Shown here: one piece after another, positions 15,817 through 24,162 of the stretch
Position numbering within the stretch: the stretch's first letter is position 1
Layout of the letters: each line of letters starts with the position of its first letter
Assembly (NCBI GenBank): GCA_031316235.1
Contig: JALDRA010000001.1
Span: 2,550,001 to 2,582,000 of the forward strand
Direction: 5' to 3'
Source: Candidatus Scalindua sp.
GTDB taxonomy: Bacteria > Planctomycetota > Brocadiia > Brocadiales > Scalinduaceae
Length of the DNA stretch: 32,000 bases
Notes under the pieces: generated by a model
Databases searched by the model: none
What the model saw: the letters and a program-made list of their open reading frames with translations, nothing else
Told to the model about the DNA's origin: nothing
Program-made: the position numbers and the translations under genes

Positions 15817-16818
15817 TCAGGGGATCTTTCTGAACCTGGTGTTTGCAAGGACGATCTCAAAGATAAATATTCCTAAAGCAGGGAGTAACAGATAGTCGAA
15901 CAATTCATTATACTCAGTGTATCGAGCGATTTCCATTTCTGTCCTTTCCAAGCTGTCAATTTGTCTGTAAACCTCCTTTAGCGATTCTGTGTCTGTCGCC
16001 CTGAAATATTTTCCACCCGTAATATCTGCAATTTCTGTCAATCCTTCATCGTCAATGTCAATTTGTATTGACTGGTAAACGGTGAATCCAAAGGCACCTT
16101 TAGTTGGATATGGGGCAAGACCTTTCGTCCCTGCGCCAACCGTATATATCGTAATATCAAACGCTTTTGCTAATTCCGCTGCCGTTAAAGGGTCAATTTC
16201 ACCGCTATTGTTTCGGCCGTCAGTTAAAAGGATTATGACCTTGCTTTTTGCTTGAGAAGATTTTAATCTATTTACGCAAACACCTATTGCAGAACCAATT
16301 GCAGTCCCATCCTCCACCATTCCGATATTTACTTTGTCTAGAAACTGTAAAAGGATATCATAGTCAAGTGTAAGGGGACATTGGGTATAAGCCTGCCCCG
16401 CAAACACAACCATGCCGAGACGATCGTTTTCTCGCCATTTGATAAAATCCCTTACCACTTCTTTTGCAACATGAAGTCTGTTGTGTCGTTTTTCGTTTAC
16501 GATAAAGTCTTCCGCCAGCATACTGCCGGAGACATCCAATGCCAGGACGATGTCTATTCCTTCTGTTTTTGCTTTGGAATGGGCCTTCCCTGATTGTGGT
16601 CGTGCGAGCGCAAATATCAGAAGGATAATAATCAGGATCCGTAAAGCTATCAGGGTATGTTTTAATCGGGAAGTCTTGCCCGGTGTAATATTTTTAAAAA
16701 GGTTAAGCGATGAAAACCTTATATTGCCGTTGTCTTTCCTCAAGACATAGTTGGCAAGTATAAGGGGTACCAGAATGATGATCAAGATAAGGAAAAGGGG
16801 ATCTTTTAAAAATATCAT
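15817..16818 (-). CDS. batA: BatA-like VWA domain membrane protein
   Basis: The N-terminal segment is the BatA type (FLKDPLFLILIIILVPLILANYV). The VWA/MIDAS signature is DIVLALDVSGSM...LLTDGRNNSG...IYTVGAG. It ends in a C-terminal TM. Its start overlaps the upstream stop (ATGA). Confidence 0.75.
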   Translation of the reverse strand: MIFLKDPLFLILIIILVPLILANYVLRKDNGNIRFSSLNLFKNITPGKTSRLKHTLIALRILIIILLIFALARPQSGKAHSKAKTEGIDIVLALDVSGSMLAEDFIVNEKRHNRLHVAKEVVRDFIKWRENDRLGMVVFAGQAYTQCPLTLDYDILLQFLDKVNIGMVEDGTAIGSAIGVCVNRLKSSQAKSKVIILLTDGRNNSGEIDPLTAAELAKAFDITIYTVGAGTKGLAPYPTKGAFGFTVYQSIQIDIDDEGLTEIADITGGKYFRATDTESLKEVYRQIDSLERTEMEIARYTEYNELFDYLLLPALGIFIFEIVLANTRFRKIP

Positions 16819-17810
16819 GGCAAAACCTTCTCCAAAACCTCTTTTGTTTCATCAATAAGCCTTTTTGCTGAGCAGTAAGAATCCTCTATTTCCTGGTTTT
16901 CAGGGGCGTAGCCTGCAAATTTCACCAGATCACTGTGCTCAAGAAAATTCCTGATAAGTTCTTTGTGCATCTCATCTAATTTGTGTGTGGTAATCATTTC
17001 TGTCAGAAATTCTTCTGTTGTTCTTTCCGGAGCCATAAGTTCAAATCGATTTTCAATATAGTGTCGTACAATATTCGAGAGATAGTAATAGTATTCCCTT
17101 ATCTGCCTTTTTGATGTCAATCCTAATAACTGCAATTTTTCCAGCTCTTTGTATGCGATTTCATGGGCTGATAGAGGCGGCGGGACAGGGACCGATTTTT
17201 CCCGTTTTTTTCTAAAGAAGAGGAAGAACAATATACCGATAAGTGCCAGAATTCCAAAAATAATTGTCAGGAGAATATACAGTCTGTGGTAGCTCTTTCT
17301 TAAAAACACTGGTGGATTTATATCCCGTATGTCAGCAGCTTTTTCATCTAACGTACTCATAATTTCGATATATATTTCAGGAGTCACTGTATCTCCTTCT
17401 TCTTTCGTCCTTTTGAGCCTGTAATGTAGCGTAATTGCGGGAATAATGTAAGATCCGGTCTTAAACGTTTCCAGTAAGAACCATCTCTCCTCTCTTACCC
17501 TTCCTTCTCCACTCTTAATGAATTCAGCACCGGAGTCGATTACATTAAACCCTGCAAGCTCTTCTTTCATTTCCGGAAAAACCATCTCTGTGTCTTCCGG
17601 GGCATCGGCTGTTATTGTATATTGTATTCTGTCCCCAATTGTTACTTTCGCCTTATCAACGGTCGCGTTGGCATTCACAGGCGATTCGGCTTTGCCGTAG
17701 TCTGCATCTTTTTTGTCTGCGTTATCACCAGTACAAATGTTACCTGTACAGGATAACAAAATAACGATACAAAGCATATATTCTAAAATATTTCTCATAG
17801 TAACAACCAT
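16815..17810 (-). CDS. Bat-cluster membrane protein: BatD-like N-terminal exported domain + TM + DUF4381-like cytoplasmic tail
   Basis: It has a lipobox-like signal (ILLSC), a domain visibly similar to the BatD N-terminus (see findings), a TM (LYILLTIIFGILALIGILFFLFF), and then PPLSAHEIAYKELEKLQ... as in DUF4381 proteins. An alternative start is ATG 17798. Confidence 0.55.
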   Translation of the reverse strand: MVVTMRNILEYMLCIVILLSCTGNICTGDNADKKDADYGKAESPVNANATVDKAKVTIGDRIQYTITADAPEDTEMVFPEMKEELAGFNVIDSGAEFIKSGEGRVREERWFLLETFKTGSYIIPAITLHYRLKRTKEEGDTVTPEIYIEIMSTLDEKAADIRDINPPVFLRKSYHRLYILLTIIFGILALIGILFFLFFRKKREKSVPVPPPLSAHEIAYKELEKLQLLGLTSKRQIREYYYYLSNIVRHYIENRFELMAPERTTEEFLTEMITTHKLDEMHKELIRNFLEHSDLVKFAGYAPENQEIEDSYCSAKRLIDETKEVLEKVLP

Positions 17811-17988
17811 TTTGTTTCGGACAGGGAAAAACAGAAAATATAAGATATGAAGCGATTGGAATTTATTGAACCATCAGTTTATAAGCCTGTAACAAAATTA
17901 CATTTTCTTCGGTTAAATCTTGAGAACGGTGTTTGATGTGTTTTCGTTTATGGTGAAAAATTGATAATTTTTCTGAAACGCACAATCA

Positions 17989-18870
17989 TCAGTATTTGAG
18001 TCTTTTTTCCCTCATTCTGAAAAAATTCATGATTGGTTCAACGTAAGAACTGTCCGTCCTTAAATCAATCATATCTACGCCAACAGCCCTGAACATTTTC
18101 TTTCTTTCTTCTCTGTTTTTTGTGTTTTGCCTGTAAAACTCTCTCCTTAATTTCTGGTCAGACGTGTCAATAAGTCTGATTTCACCTGTTTCAGCATCTT
18201 TCAATTTAATGAAACCAACATTCGGTATTTCAAGTTCCCGAGGATCTGTTATGGAAACGGCGATCATGTCATGCCGCTTGTTCGTAATGCGTAATGTCTT
18301 TTCAAAACCCGATGTGAGAAAATCAGACATAAGAAAGCAGACCGTCTTACGCTTCGTAATCTTTATAAGATATTCAAGGGCTATCGAAATATCAGTGCCC
18401 TTCCTTTCCGGTTTAAAATAAAGAACTTCTCTTATTACCCGGAGTACATGGGTTTTCCCCTTCTTCGGAGGGACAAATTTTTCTATTCTATCGGTGAATA
18501 GAATAAGCCCGACCTTGTCGTTATTCCTGACAGCAGACAGCGCAAGCAGTGCGCACGCCTCGGTCGTTATCTCATTCTTGAATTGATTCACACTTCCAAA
18601 TTTTCCAGAAGAGCTCAGGTCTACCAGGAACATTATGGTTAATTCCCTCTCTTCTGCAAATCTCTTGATATACGGATGGCCAAGGCGGGCGGTAACATTC
18701 CAGTCAATTGATCTGATGTCATCACCAATCTGATATTCTCTGACTTCCTCGAATTCCATTCCTCGACCTTTGAAGACGCTTACATATTCGCCGGCAAGGA
18801 CATCATTCACCAGGCGGCTTGAACGTATCTGTATCTGCCTTACCTTTTTTAATATTTCCTTTGGGATCAT
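17989..18870 (-). CDS. DUF58 domain protein (VWA-like, MoxR-system partner)
   Basis: VREYQIGDDIRSIDWNVTARLGHPYIKRFAEERELTIMFLVDLSSS is the hallmark DUF58 block. Confidence 0.8.
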   Translation of the reverse strand: MIPKEILKKVRQIQIRSSRLVNDVLAGEYVSVFKGRGMEFEEVREYQIGDDIRSIDWNVTARLGHPYIKRFAEERELTIMFLVDLSSSGKFGSVNQFKNEITTEACALLALSAVRNNDKVGLILFTDRIEKFVPPKKGKTHVLRVIREVLYFKPERKGTDISIALEYLIKITKRKTVCFLMSDFLTSGFEKTLRITNKRHDMIAVSITDPRELEIPNVGFIKLKDAETGEIRLIDTSDQKLRREFYRQNTKNREERKKMFRAVGVDMIDLRTDSSYVEPIMNFFRMREKRLKY

Positions 18871-19096
18871 AAAATTTGTAACTTGCCTTTACCGGATGAA
18901 CGAATAATTCAGCACGGCCTTCCTGAGATACGGTGCAAAAGCGGTATTGTCGTACCGGAAGATCATCGCTCAGAAATTCGATTAACTTTATAAATAAAAC
19001 AGTATCAAAAATTTACCCGTGAACACGTATCATAATAACTAAAGAATAAATTTTCAAGCATAAGTCGGAAATGTTTGTTTTTGCTGAAGCCGGCAG

Positions 19097-20353
19097 CTAT
19101 TCATATCTCAGTGTTTGTATCGGGTCTAACCGTGCGGCTTTTTGTGCCGGGTATATACTGAAGAGGAGGCTGCACATGATAGAGATGCCGGCAATTATGA
19201 TTATGCTTTTTGGATCAATAGCAGTTGGTATTTCATTGAAATAATACACTTCCGGTGGAAAAGGCCTCCATCCTGAGTACCTGTATACGGTGGTTTCTAT
19301 CCAATTGATTCTGTTTATAAACACAAGACCCAGACCCGTGCCGATTGCGGAACCGAAGATGCCGATAAGGAGACCGTTAAGGAGGAATATCTGCATGATA
19401 CCCCAGGTAGTAGCCCCTAATGCCTTGAGTGTACCGATATCCTTGGTTTTTTCAAAGACAATCATTGTTAAAATTGCGAGGATGTTGAAACCTGCTACAA
19501 TTATGATAAAAAATAAAATAAAAGCCATGACCCGTTTTTCCAAAGCAACAGCTTTCAGGAAGGTTCCCCGCGCCTCTTCCCAGGTCTGTACATGAAAACC
19601 GAAACCGAGTTCTTTCTTGATGCGATCGCGAACCAGAGGTGCGTTTTTGTAACTATCTAACCGTACACTAATTGCGGTAATAGAATCTTGTGAGCCTGCT
19701 AATCCTTGAGCGATTTTTATAGGTATGTAAATGTAATTTTTATCAACATCATACATGCCGGATTTAACTTTTCCCGTGAGAATAAATGACTTTACGCTTA
19801 TCTTGTCCCACCCCTTGATTGCAACAAGAACAATTTTTTCTCCATTGTTTACAAAACTTTCCGGGTTGGCTTTATAGTCACCGAGATTTGTTCGCAGTAG
19901 TTCGATTCCACCAAAAGCACTTGGTGTATTTTTATCACCATGGAGGAGCAGTAAATCTTCTGGCTTGTTATTAAATTCCTCCAGATACAGATCCAGGTCA
20001 CCGACCTTTGATTCCAAGATAGGGTCTATGCCTCTGAAATAGACGAATTCTTTTGTACCTCTGATGTTAATGAGTGCGGGGCCTTCGATATAGGGCGCGC
20101 ACGCCTCAACATGATCAAGTGATTGGATTTTTTTTAAGACTTCTTCATAATTATTCAGGCCATACATACCCATTTTCGACACAATGATATGAGCTAGTGT
20201 ACCTCTGATTTTTGATCGCAGCTCCTTGTCGAAACCGCTCATTACTGATAAAACCACAATGAGCGTCATAACACCAACTGCGACCCCGGCAACTGCAAAA
20301 AAAGCAATTTTCTTTCTTCGTAAGTATCTAAAGCTTATAAAAAATTTGTACAT
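19097..20353 (-). CDS. LolC/LolE-family (FtsX/MacB-type) ABC transporter permease
   Basis: The opening MYKFFISFRYLRRKK...SVMSGFDKELRSKIRG is typical of LolC/E. It also has a periplasmic domain between TM1 and TM2 and a C-terminal FtsX-like 3-TM bundle with ...DIGTLKALGAT... and ...AARLDPIQTLRYE. Confidence 0.75.
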   Translation of the reverse strand: MYKFFISFRYLRRKKIAFFAVAGVAVGVMTLIVVLSVMSGFDKELRSKIRGTLAHIIVSKMGMYGLNNYEEVLKKIQSLDHVEACAPYIEGPALINIRGTKEFVYFRGIDPILESKVGDLDLYLEEFNNKPEDLLLLHGDKNTPSAFGGIELLRTNLGDYKANPESFVNNGEKIVLVAIKGWDKISVKSFILTGKVKSGMYDVDKNYIYIPIKIAQGLAGSQDSITAISVRLDSYKNAPLVRDRIKKELGFGFHVQTWEEARGTFLKAVALEKRVMAFILFFIIIVAGFNILAILTMIVFEKTKDIGTLKALGATTWGIMQIFLLNGLLIGIFGSAIGTGLGLVFINRINWIETTVYRYSGWRPFPPEVYYFNEIPTAIDPKSIIIIAGISIMCSLLFSIYPAQKAARLDPIQTLRYE

Positions 20354-20831
20354 GGTTGTTTAATAAACAGGGGCGCTGATAGAGAAGTATTCATATTTTT
20401 ATTGTGTGTAATCAATGTACTGCAGTTTTTTTCTTTAATTTCAAAGTACCTTGAAAACTTTTTTCGTTTCCGTCTGTCAGGACACAGGCATTGCACCATG
20501 TAATTGGTGAGGGGAGAATACCTTTAATTCGATAAAGTAAAAAATAGTATCATAAGGACATAAGCATAAGCAATGAAAAACCCTATAATTTTTCTAGAAA
20601 AAACAGAGTAAAACAGTTATATTTGTGGAAAATGCGAAAAAACTGATTTTACAGCCCGGGGGGCAGGTCCGGGTTTTCCCAAAGAGTAAAATACCTTTCT
20701 GCTCAAAATTTTTTTGAAGGCTTTTTTTTACAATTTTAAGAAGCAACACTTGAAATCCTGTATCTTCAAACAGTTTATTTGGCCTACTTGAGACAGGATG
20801 GGCGGATTTCTCTATTAAAGGATGTACTTAT

Positions 20832-21977
20832 ATGCTGACATTTACAACAGCCGGTGAATCACATGGCGAGTGTCTTATTGTTATCATGAGCGGTTTTCCT
20901 GCCGGGGTTCTGCTGGATGAGTCCGTAATCAATGAGGATTTGAAGATGCGGCAGGGCGGATACGGCAGGGGCGGCAGAATGCAGATCGAAAGAGACCAGG
21001 TTTCTATTTTGTCGGGGATAAGAAAGAAGACATCCATAGGCAGTCCGATTTGTCTGAAAATTGAAAATAAGGACTACAAGATTGATACATTGCCTGACGT
21101 GACCAGTCCAAGGCCCGGTCACGCGGATCTGTCCGGGGTGATGAAATATGGCCAGGATGATATACGGAATGTCCTTGAGCGTGCAAGTGCGAGGGAGACC
21201 GCTGCCCGGGTTGCCGCAGGTTCTCTGGCTAAAGTGCTGCTTTCAAAATTCGGTATAAATGTTTTAGGCTACGTTAAGGGAATTGGAGGTGTGAATTCCC
21301 GTAAAACAATACTAGACCAGGACGAGATACGGAGGAGAAGAGTTAAAAGCCGGGTGTATTGTCTGGATGAATCGATAGAAATGGAAATTATTAAAAAGAT
21401 TGATGAGGCCAAGAAGAATGGTGACTCTCTTGGTGGAATTATTGAGATAGTGTCATTTGGTGTGCCGACAGGATTGGGGAATTATACCCACTGGGATTTG
21501 CGATTAGATGGGGCGATAGCAAAGGCCTTGATGTCTATTCAGGGAATTAAGGGGGTAGAATTCGGTTTGGGGTTTCAATTTGCTGAAAAATTTGGTTCAC
21601 AGGTGCATGATGAGATTTCATACGACCCTTCAACCAGAGAAACTTCCGTTTCCGGAGGATTTGGGAGGGTTTCTAATAATGCAGGTGGAATTGAAGGCGG
21701 TATGTCCAACGGTGAAGTGATCGTTTCCAGGGCGGTTATGAAACCGATACCAACACTGATGAAACCGTTGAAATCGATAGACATACACACGAAAGAGACA
21801 ATTGATGCATCTGTAGAGCGTTCTGATACATGTGCTGTTCCTGCAGCATCCATTATAGGAGAATCTGTGGTTTCGTTTGAAATAGCACGATGTTTTCTGG
21901 ATAAGTTTGGTGGAGATAGTCTTGGTGAAATAACACGGAATTACCATGGATATTTGAAGCAACTTCGAGAGATGTAA
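20832..21977 (+). CDS. aroC: Chorismate synthase
   Basis: FTTAGESHG...RQGGYGRGGRMQIE...RPGHADL...ERASARETAARVAAG...GGIEGGMSNGE are canonical AroC blocks. Confidence 0.9.
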   Translation: MLTFTTAGESHGECLIVIMSGFPAGVLLDESVINEDLKMRQGGYGRGGRMQIERDQVSILSGIRKKTSIGSPICLKIENKDYKIDTLPDVTSPRPGHADLSGVMKYGQDDIRNVLERASARETAARVAAGSLAKVLLSKFGINVLGYVKGIGGVNSRKTILDQDEIRRRRVKSRVYCLDESIEMEIIKKIDEAKKNGDSLGGIIEIVSFGVPTGLGNYTHWDLRLDGAIAKALMSIQGIKGVEFGLGFQFAEKFGSQVHDEISYDPSTRETSVSGGFGRVSNNAGGIEGGMSNGEVIVSRAVMKPIPTLMKPLKSIDIHTKETIDASVERSDTCAVPAASIIGESVVSFEIARCFLDKFGGDSLGEITRNYHGYLKQLREM

Positions 21978-21997
21978 ATGTTATTTAAGGTTTTGGC

Positions 21998-22026
21998 TTG
22001 CTATAAATATTTATTTTTGCTATATA
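21998..22026 (+). promoter_or_regulatory. Candidate sigma70-type promoter for the tRNA cluster
   Basis: TTGCTA (21998-22003), 17-nt spacer, TATATA (22021-22026), about 20 nt upstream of the first tRNA. Recognised by motif only. Confidence 0.3.
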
Positions 22027-22045
22027 TTGCGCATTGTTTTTTCTG

Positions 22046-22118
22046 GCTGGCGTAGCTCAATTGGCAGAGTAGCTGTCTTGTAAACAGCAGGTTGTGGGTT
22101 CGAGTCCCACCGCTAGCT
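22046..22118 (+). tRNA. tRNA-Thr (anticodon UGU)
   Basis: Manual cloverleaf: acceptor GCTGGCG/CGCTAGC, anticodon stem GCTGT/ACAGC with loop CTTGTAA, T-arm GTGGG-TTCGAGT-CCCAC. No encoded CCA. Confidence 0.9.
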
Positions 22119-22161
22119 TTATACTGTCTATTATCTCTCTCTGGAGAGTAGTCAGAAAAGT

Positions 22162-22246
22162 GGGGAGGTACCCGAGTGGCCAAAGGGGACAGACTGTAAA
22201 TCTGTTGGCGTAGCCTTCGGAGGTTCGAATCCTCCTCTCCCCACCA
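22162..22246 (+). tRNA. tRNA-Tyr (anticodon GUA), long variable arm, CCA encoded
   Basis: GGGGAGG...CCCGAGTGGCCAAAGGGG...loop CTGTAAA...variable arm...GGAGGTTCGAATCCTCC...TCTCCCC-A-CCA. Closely resembles bacterial tRNA-Tyr. Confidence 0.9.
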
Positions 22247-22280
22247 TATGTATCAGGATATATCAGGATTATTGCAAAGT

Positions 22281-22351
22281 GCGGGCGTAGCTTAATGGTA
22301 AAGCCCTAGCCTTCCAAGCTAGTTATGTGGGTTCGATTCCCGTCGCCCGCT
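22281..22351 (+). tRNA. tRNA-Gly (anticodon UCC)
   Basis: Acceptor GCGGGCG/CGCCCGC, anticodon stem CTAGC/GCTAG with loop CTTCCAA, T-loop TTCGATT. Confidence 0.9.
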
Positions 22352-22407
22352 TTTTATGCCACGATTCCATTAATTCGAGGATATATTTTTTTTATTTAAA
22401 AAAAGTT

Positions 22408-22435
22408 TTGACTTTTTTTTTAAAAATGATAGATT
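22408..22435 (+). promoter_or_regulatory. Candidate internal promoter (UP-like A/T tract, -35 TTGACT, extended -10 TGaTAGATT)
   Basis: TTGACT at 22408-22413, 16-nt spacer, TG at 22427-22428, TAGATT at 22430-22435. An A/T-rich tract lies at 22381-22404. It sits in the unusually long 148-nt spacer before tRNA-Thr(GGU)/tuf. Confidence 0.35.
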
Positions 22436-22499
22436 ACTAGGCCTGCTGTTTTTGGTGGTTTGGTATTGCATTTGCCTGTGGTTCTGGACCCGGGCTTAT

Positions 22500-22571
22500 G
22501 CTGCTGTGGCTCAGGGGTAGAGCACGTCCTTGGTAAGGACGAGGTCATGGGTTCAAATCCCATCAGCAGCT
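22500..22571 (+). tRNA. tRNA-Thr (anticodon GGU)
   Basis: Acceptor GCTGCTG/CAGCAGC, anticodon stem CGTCC/GGACG with loop TTGGTAA, T-arm ATGGG-TTCAAAT-CCCAT. Confidence 0.9.
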
Positions 22572-22683
22572 TGATTATTTGCTATTGAACAATTAATAGC
22601 TGAGCATGTATAATAAGACTTGTTTGCTGGAGAATTGTAATTCTCAGTAAGAGTAATTTGCAGGATGTTAGGAGTTTTTATCT

Positions 22684-23886
22684 ATGGCTAAGGAGGTATT
22701 CAAGAGGACGAAGCCGCATGTGAATGTGGGAACGATTGGGCATGTGGATCACGGTAAGACGACGTTGACATCGGTGATAACGAACACACTTGCTGCAAAG
22801 GGTTTTGCCAAGGCGAGGGCATTTGATTCGATAGACAATGCGCCGGAGGAGCGGGACCGCGGGATAACGATAGCGATAGCGCATGTGGAGTATGAGACGG
22901 AAAAAAGGCATTATGCCCATGTGGATTGTCCCGGTCATGCTGATTATGTAAAGAATATGATAACCGGGGCTGCGCAGATGGATGGTGCGATCCTGGTGGT
23001 GAGCGCACCGGATGGTCCGATGCCGCAGACTCGAGAGCATATACTGCTTGCAAGGCAGGTGGGCGTTCCGAGAATTGTGGTTTTTTTAAATAAGCTGGAT
23101 CAGCTGGAAGATCCCGAGCTGCTTGAGCTGGTAGAGTTGGAGATAAGGGAGCTGTTAAGCAAGTATGAGTTTCCGGGAGATGATATCCCTGTGATAAAGG
23201 GGTCGGCTCTCAAGGCGGCGGGATGTGGCTGTGCGAAGGCTGAGTGTGAGAACTGTGGGCCGATATTGGAGTTAATGGATGCGCTGGATAGCTACATACC
23301 GGATCCGGTCAGAGAGATAGACAAGCCGTTTTTGATGTCCCTGGAAGATGTCTTCAGTATCAAAGGGCGGGGAACGGTAGGTACGGGTCGGGTCGAGCGG
23401 GGTATCGTGAAGGTGGGAGATGAGGTTGAGATAGTTGGGATGACAGAGGTGGTACGTAAGACGGTGGTGACAGGGGTAGAGATGTTTAATAAGACGTTGG
23501 ATCAGGGGCAGGCTGGCGATAACCTGGGTGTTTTGTTGAGGGGGGTCGAGAAGGATGATCTGGAGCGCGGACAGGTGCTGGCAGTTCCGAAGAGTATAAC
23601 TCCGCACACGAAGTTTGAGGCGGAGGCGTATATATTGACAAAAGAGGAGGGTGGAAGGCATACTCCGTTTTTCAATGGTTACAGGCCTCAGTTTTATTTT
23701 CGAACAACAGATGTGACTGGTTCGGTGAATTTGCTGGGAGGTGCGGAGATGGTGATGCCGGGGGACAATGCGAAGCTGGAGATAGAGCTGGTGACGCCCA
23801 TAGCGATGGAGCAGGAGTTGAGGTTTGCGATACGGGAGGGTGGAAAGACCGTGGGTGCAGGTGTTGTTACTAAAATTATAGCATGA
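22684..23886 (+). CDS. tuf: Elongation factor Tu
   Basis: [22 protein letters not shown] and the rest are canonical EF-Tu blocks (400 aa). It follows the Thr-Tyr-Gly-Thr tRNA cluster, as in the E. coli tufB operon. Confidence 0.97.
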   Translation: MAKEVFKRTKPHVNVGTIGHVDHGKTTLTSVITNTLAAKGFAKARAFDSIDNAPEERDRGITIAIAHVEYETEKRHYAHVDCPGHADYVKNMITGAAQMDGAILVVSAPDGPMPQTREHILLARQVGVPRIVVFLNKLDQLEDPELLELVELEIRELLSKYEFPGDDIPVIKGSALKAAGCGCAKAECENCGPILELMDALDSYIPDPVREIDKPFLMSLEDVFSIKGRGTVGTGRVERGIVKVGDEVEIVGMTEVVRKTVVTGVEMFNKTLDQGQAGDNLGVLLRGVEKDDLERGQVLAVPKSITPHTKFEAEAYILTKEEGGRHTPFFNGYRPQFYFRTTDVTGSVNLLGGAEMVMPGDNAKLEIELVTPIAMEQELRFAIREGGKTVGAGVVTKIIA

Positions 23887-23908
23887 TTATTGGGTTGGAA
23901 GCTGGATA

Positions 23909-24058
23909 ATGAGGGATTATATAACGTTAGCCTGTACGGAATGTAAAAATAGGAATTATAGGACGAGTAAAGAGCTGAAGCAGGCTGTTCGGTTGGAATT
24001 GCAGAAGTTCTGCAGGTGTTGTAGAAAACATACGTTGCACAAGGAACAGAAAAAATAA
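23909..24058 (+). CDS. rpmG: 50S ribosomal protein L33 (zinc-ribbon C+ form)
   Basis: A 49-aa ORF missing from the supplied track because it is under 60 aa: [49 protein letters not shown], with CxxC...CxxC. It has the classic position between tuf and secE. Confidence 0.85.
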   Translation: MRDYITLACTECKNRNYRTSKELKQAVRLELQKFCRCCRKHTLHKEQKK

Positions 24059-24063
24059 GAAGA

Positions 24064-24141
24064 AGGTCTGTAGCTCCAATCGGCTAGAGCACCGGATTCC
24101 AAATCCGGGTGTTGGGGGTTCGAATCCCTCCAGACCTGCCA
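24064..24141 (+). tRNA. tRNA-Trp (anticodon CCA), 3' CCA encoded
   Basis: Acceptor AGGTCTG/CAGACCT, anticodon stem CCGGA/TCCGG with loop TTCCAAA, T-loop TTCGAAT. It starts 5 nt after the rpmG stop and ends 21 nt before the secE start. Confidence 0.9.
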
Positions 24142-24162
24142 AATTGTATTTAATATAAAACT

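Noticed and set aside
18871-19096. A possible degraded moxR gene between lolE and DUF58
   Set aside because: Manual translation of the minus strand gives only short stop-interrupted stretches with no Walker A/B or MoxR-like C-terminal motifs. The upstream half is A/T-rich with stops in every frame.
22001-22183. Minus-strand 60-aa ORF across tRNA-Thr/tRNA-Tyr, and 23927-24142 (71 aa) across rpmG/tRNA-Trp
   Set aside because: The regions are fully explained by well-folded tRNAs and the L33 gene on the plus strand.
22678-23053. Minus-strand ORFs of 117-120 aa antisense to the 5' part of tuf (also 23272-23661)
   Set aside because: They overlap a canonical, highly conserved EF-Tu reading frame. 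They are typical shadow ORFs in a gene with strongly biased codon usage.
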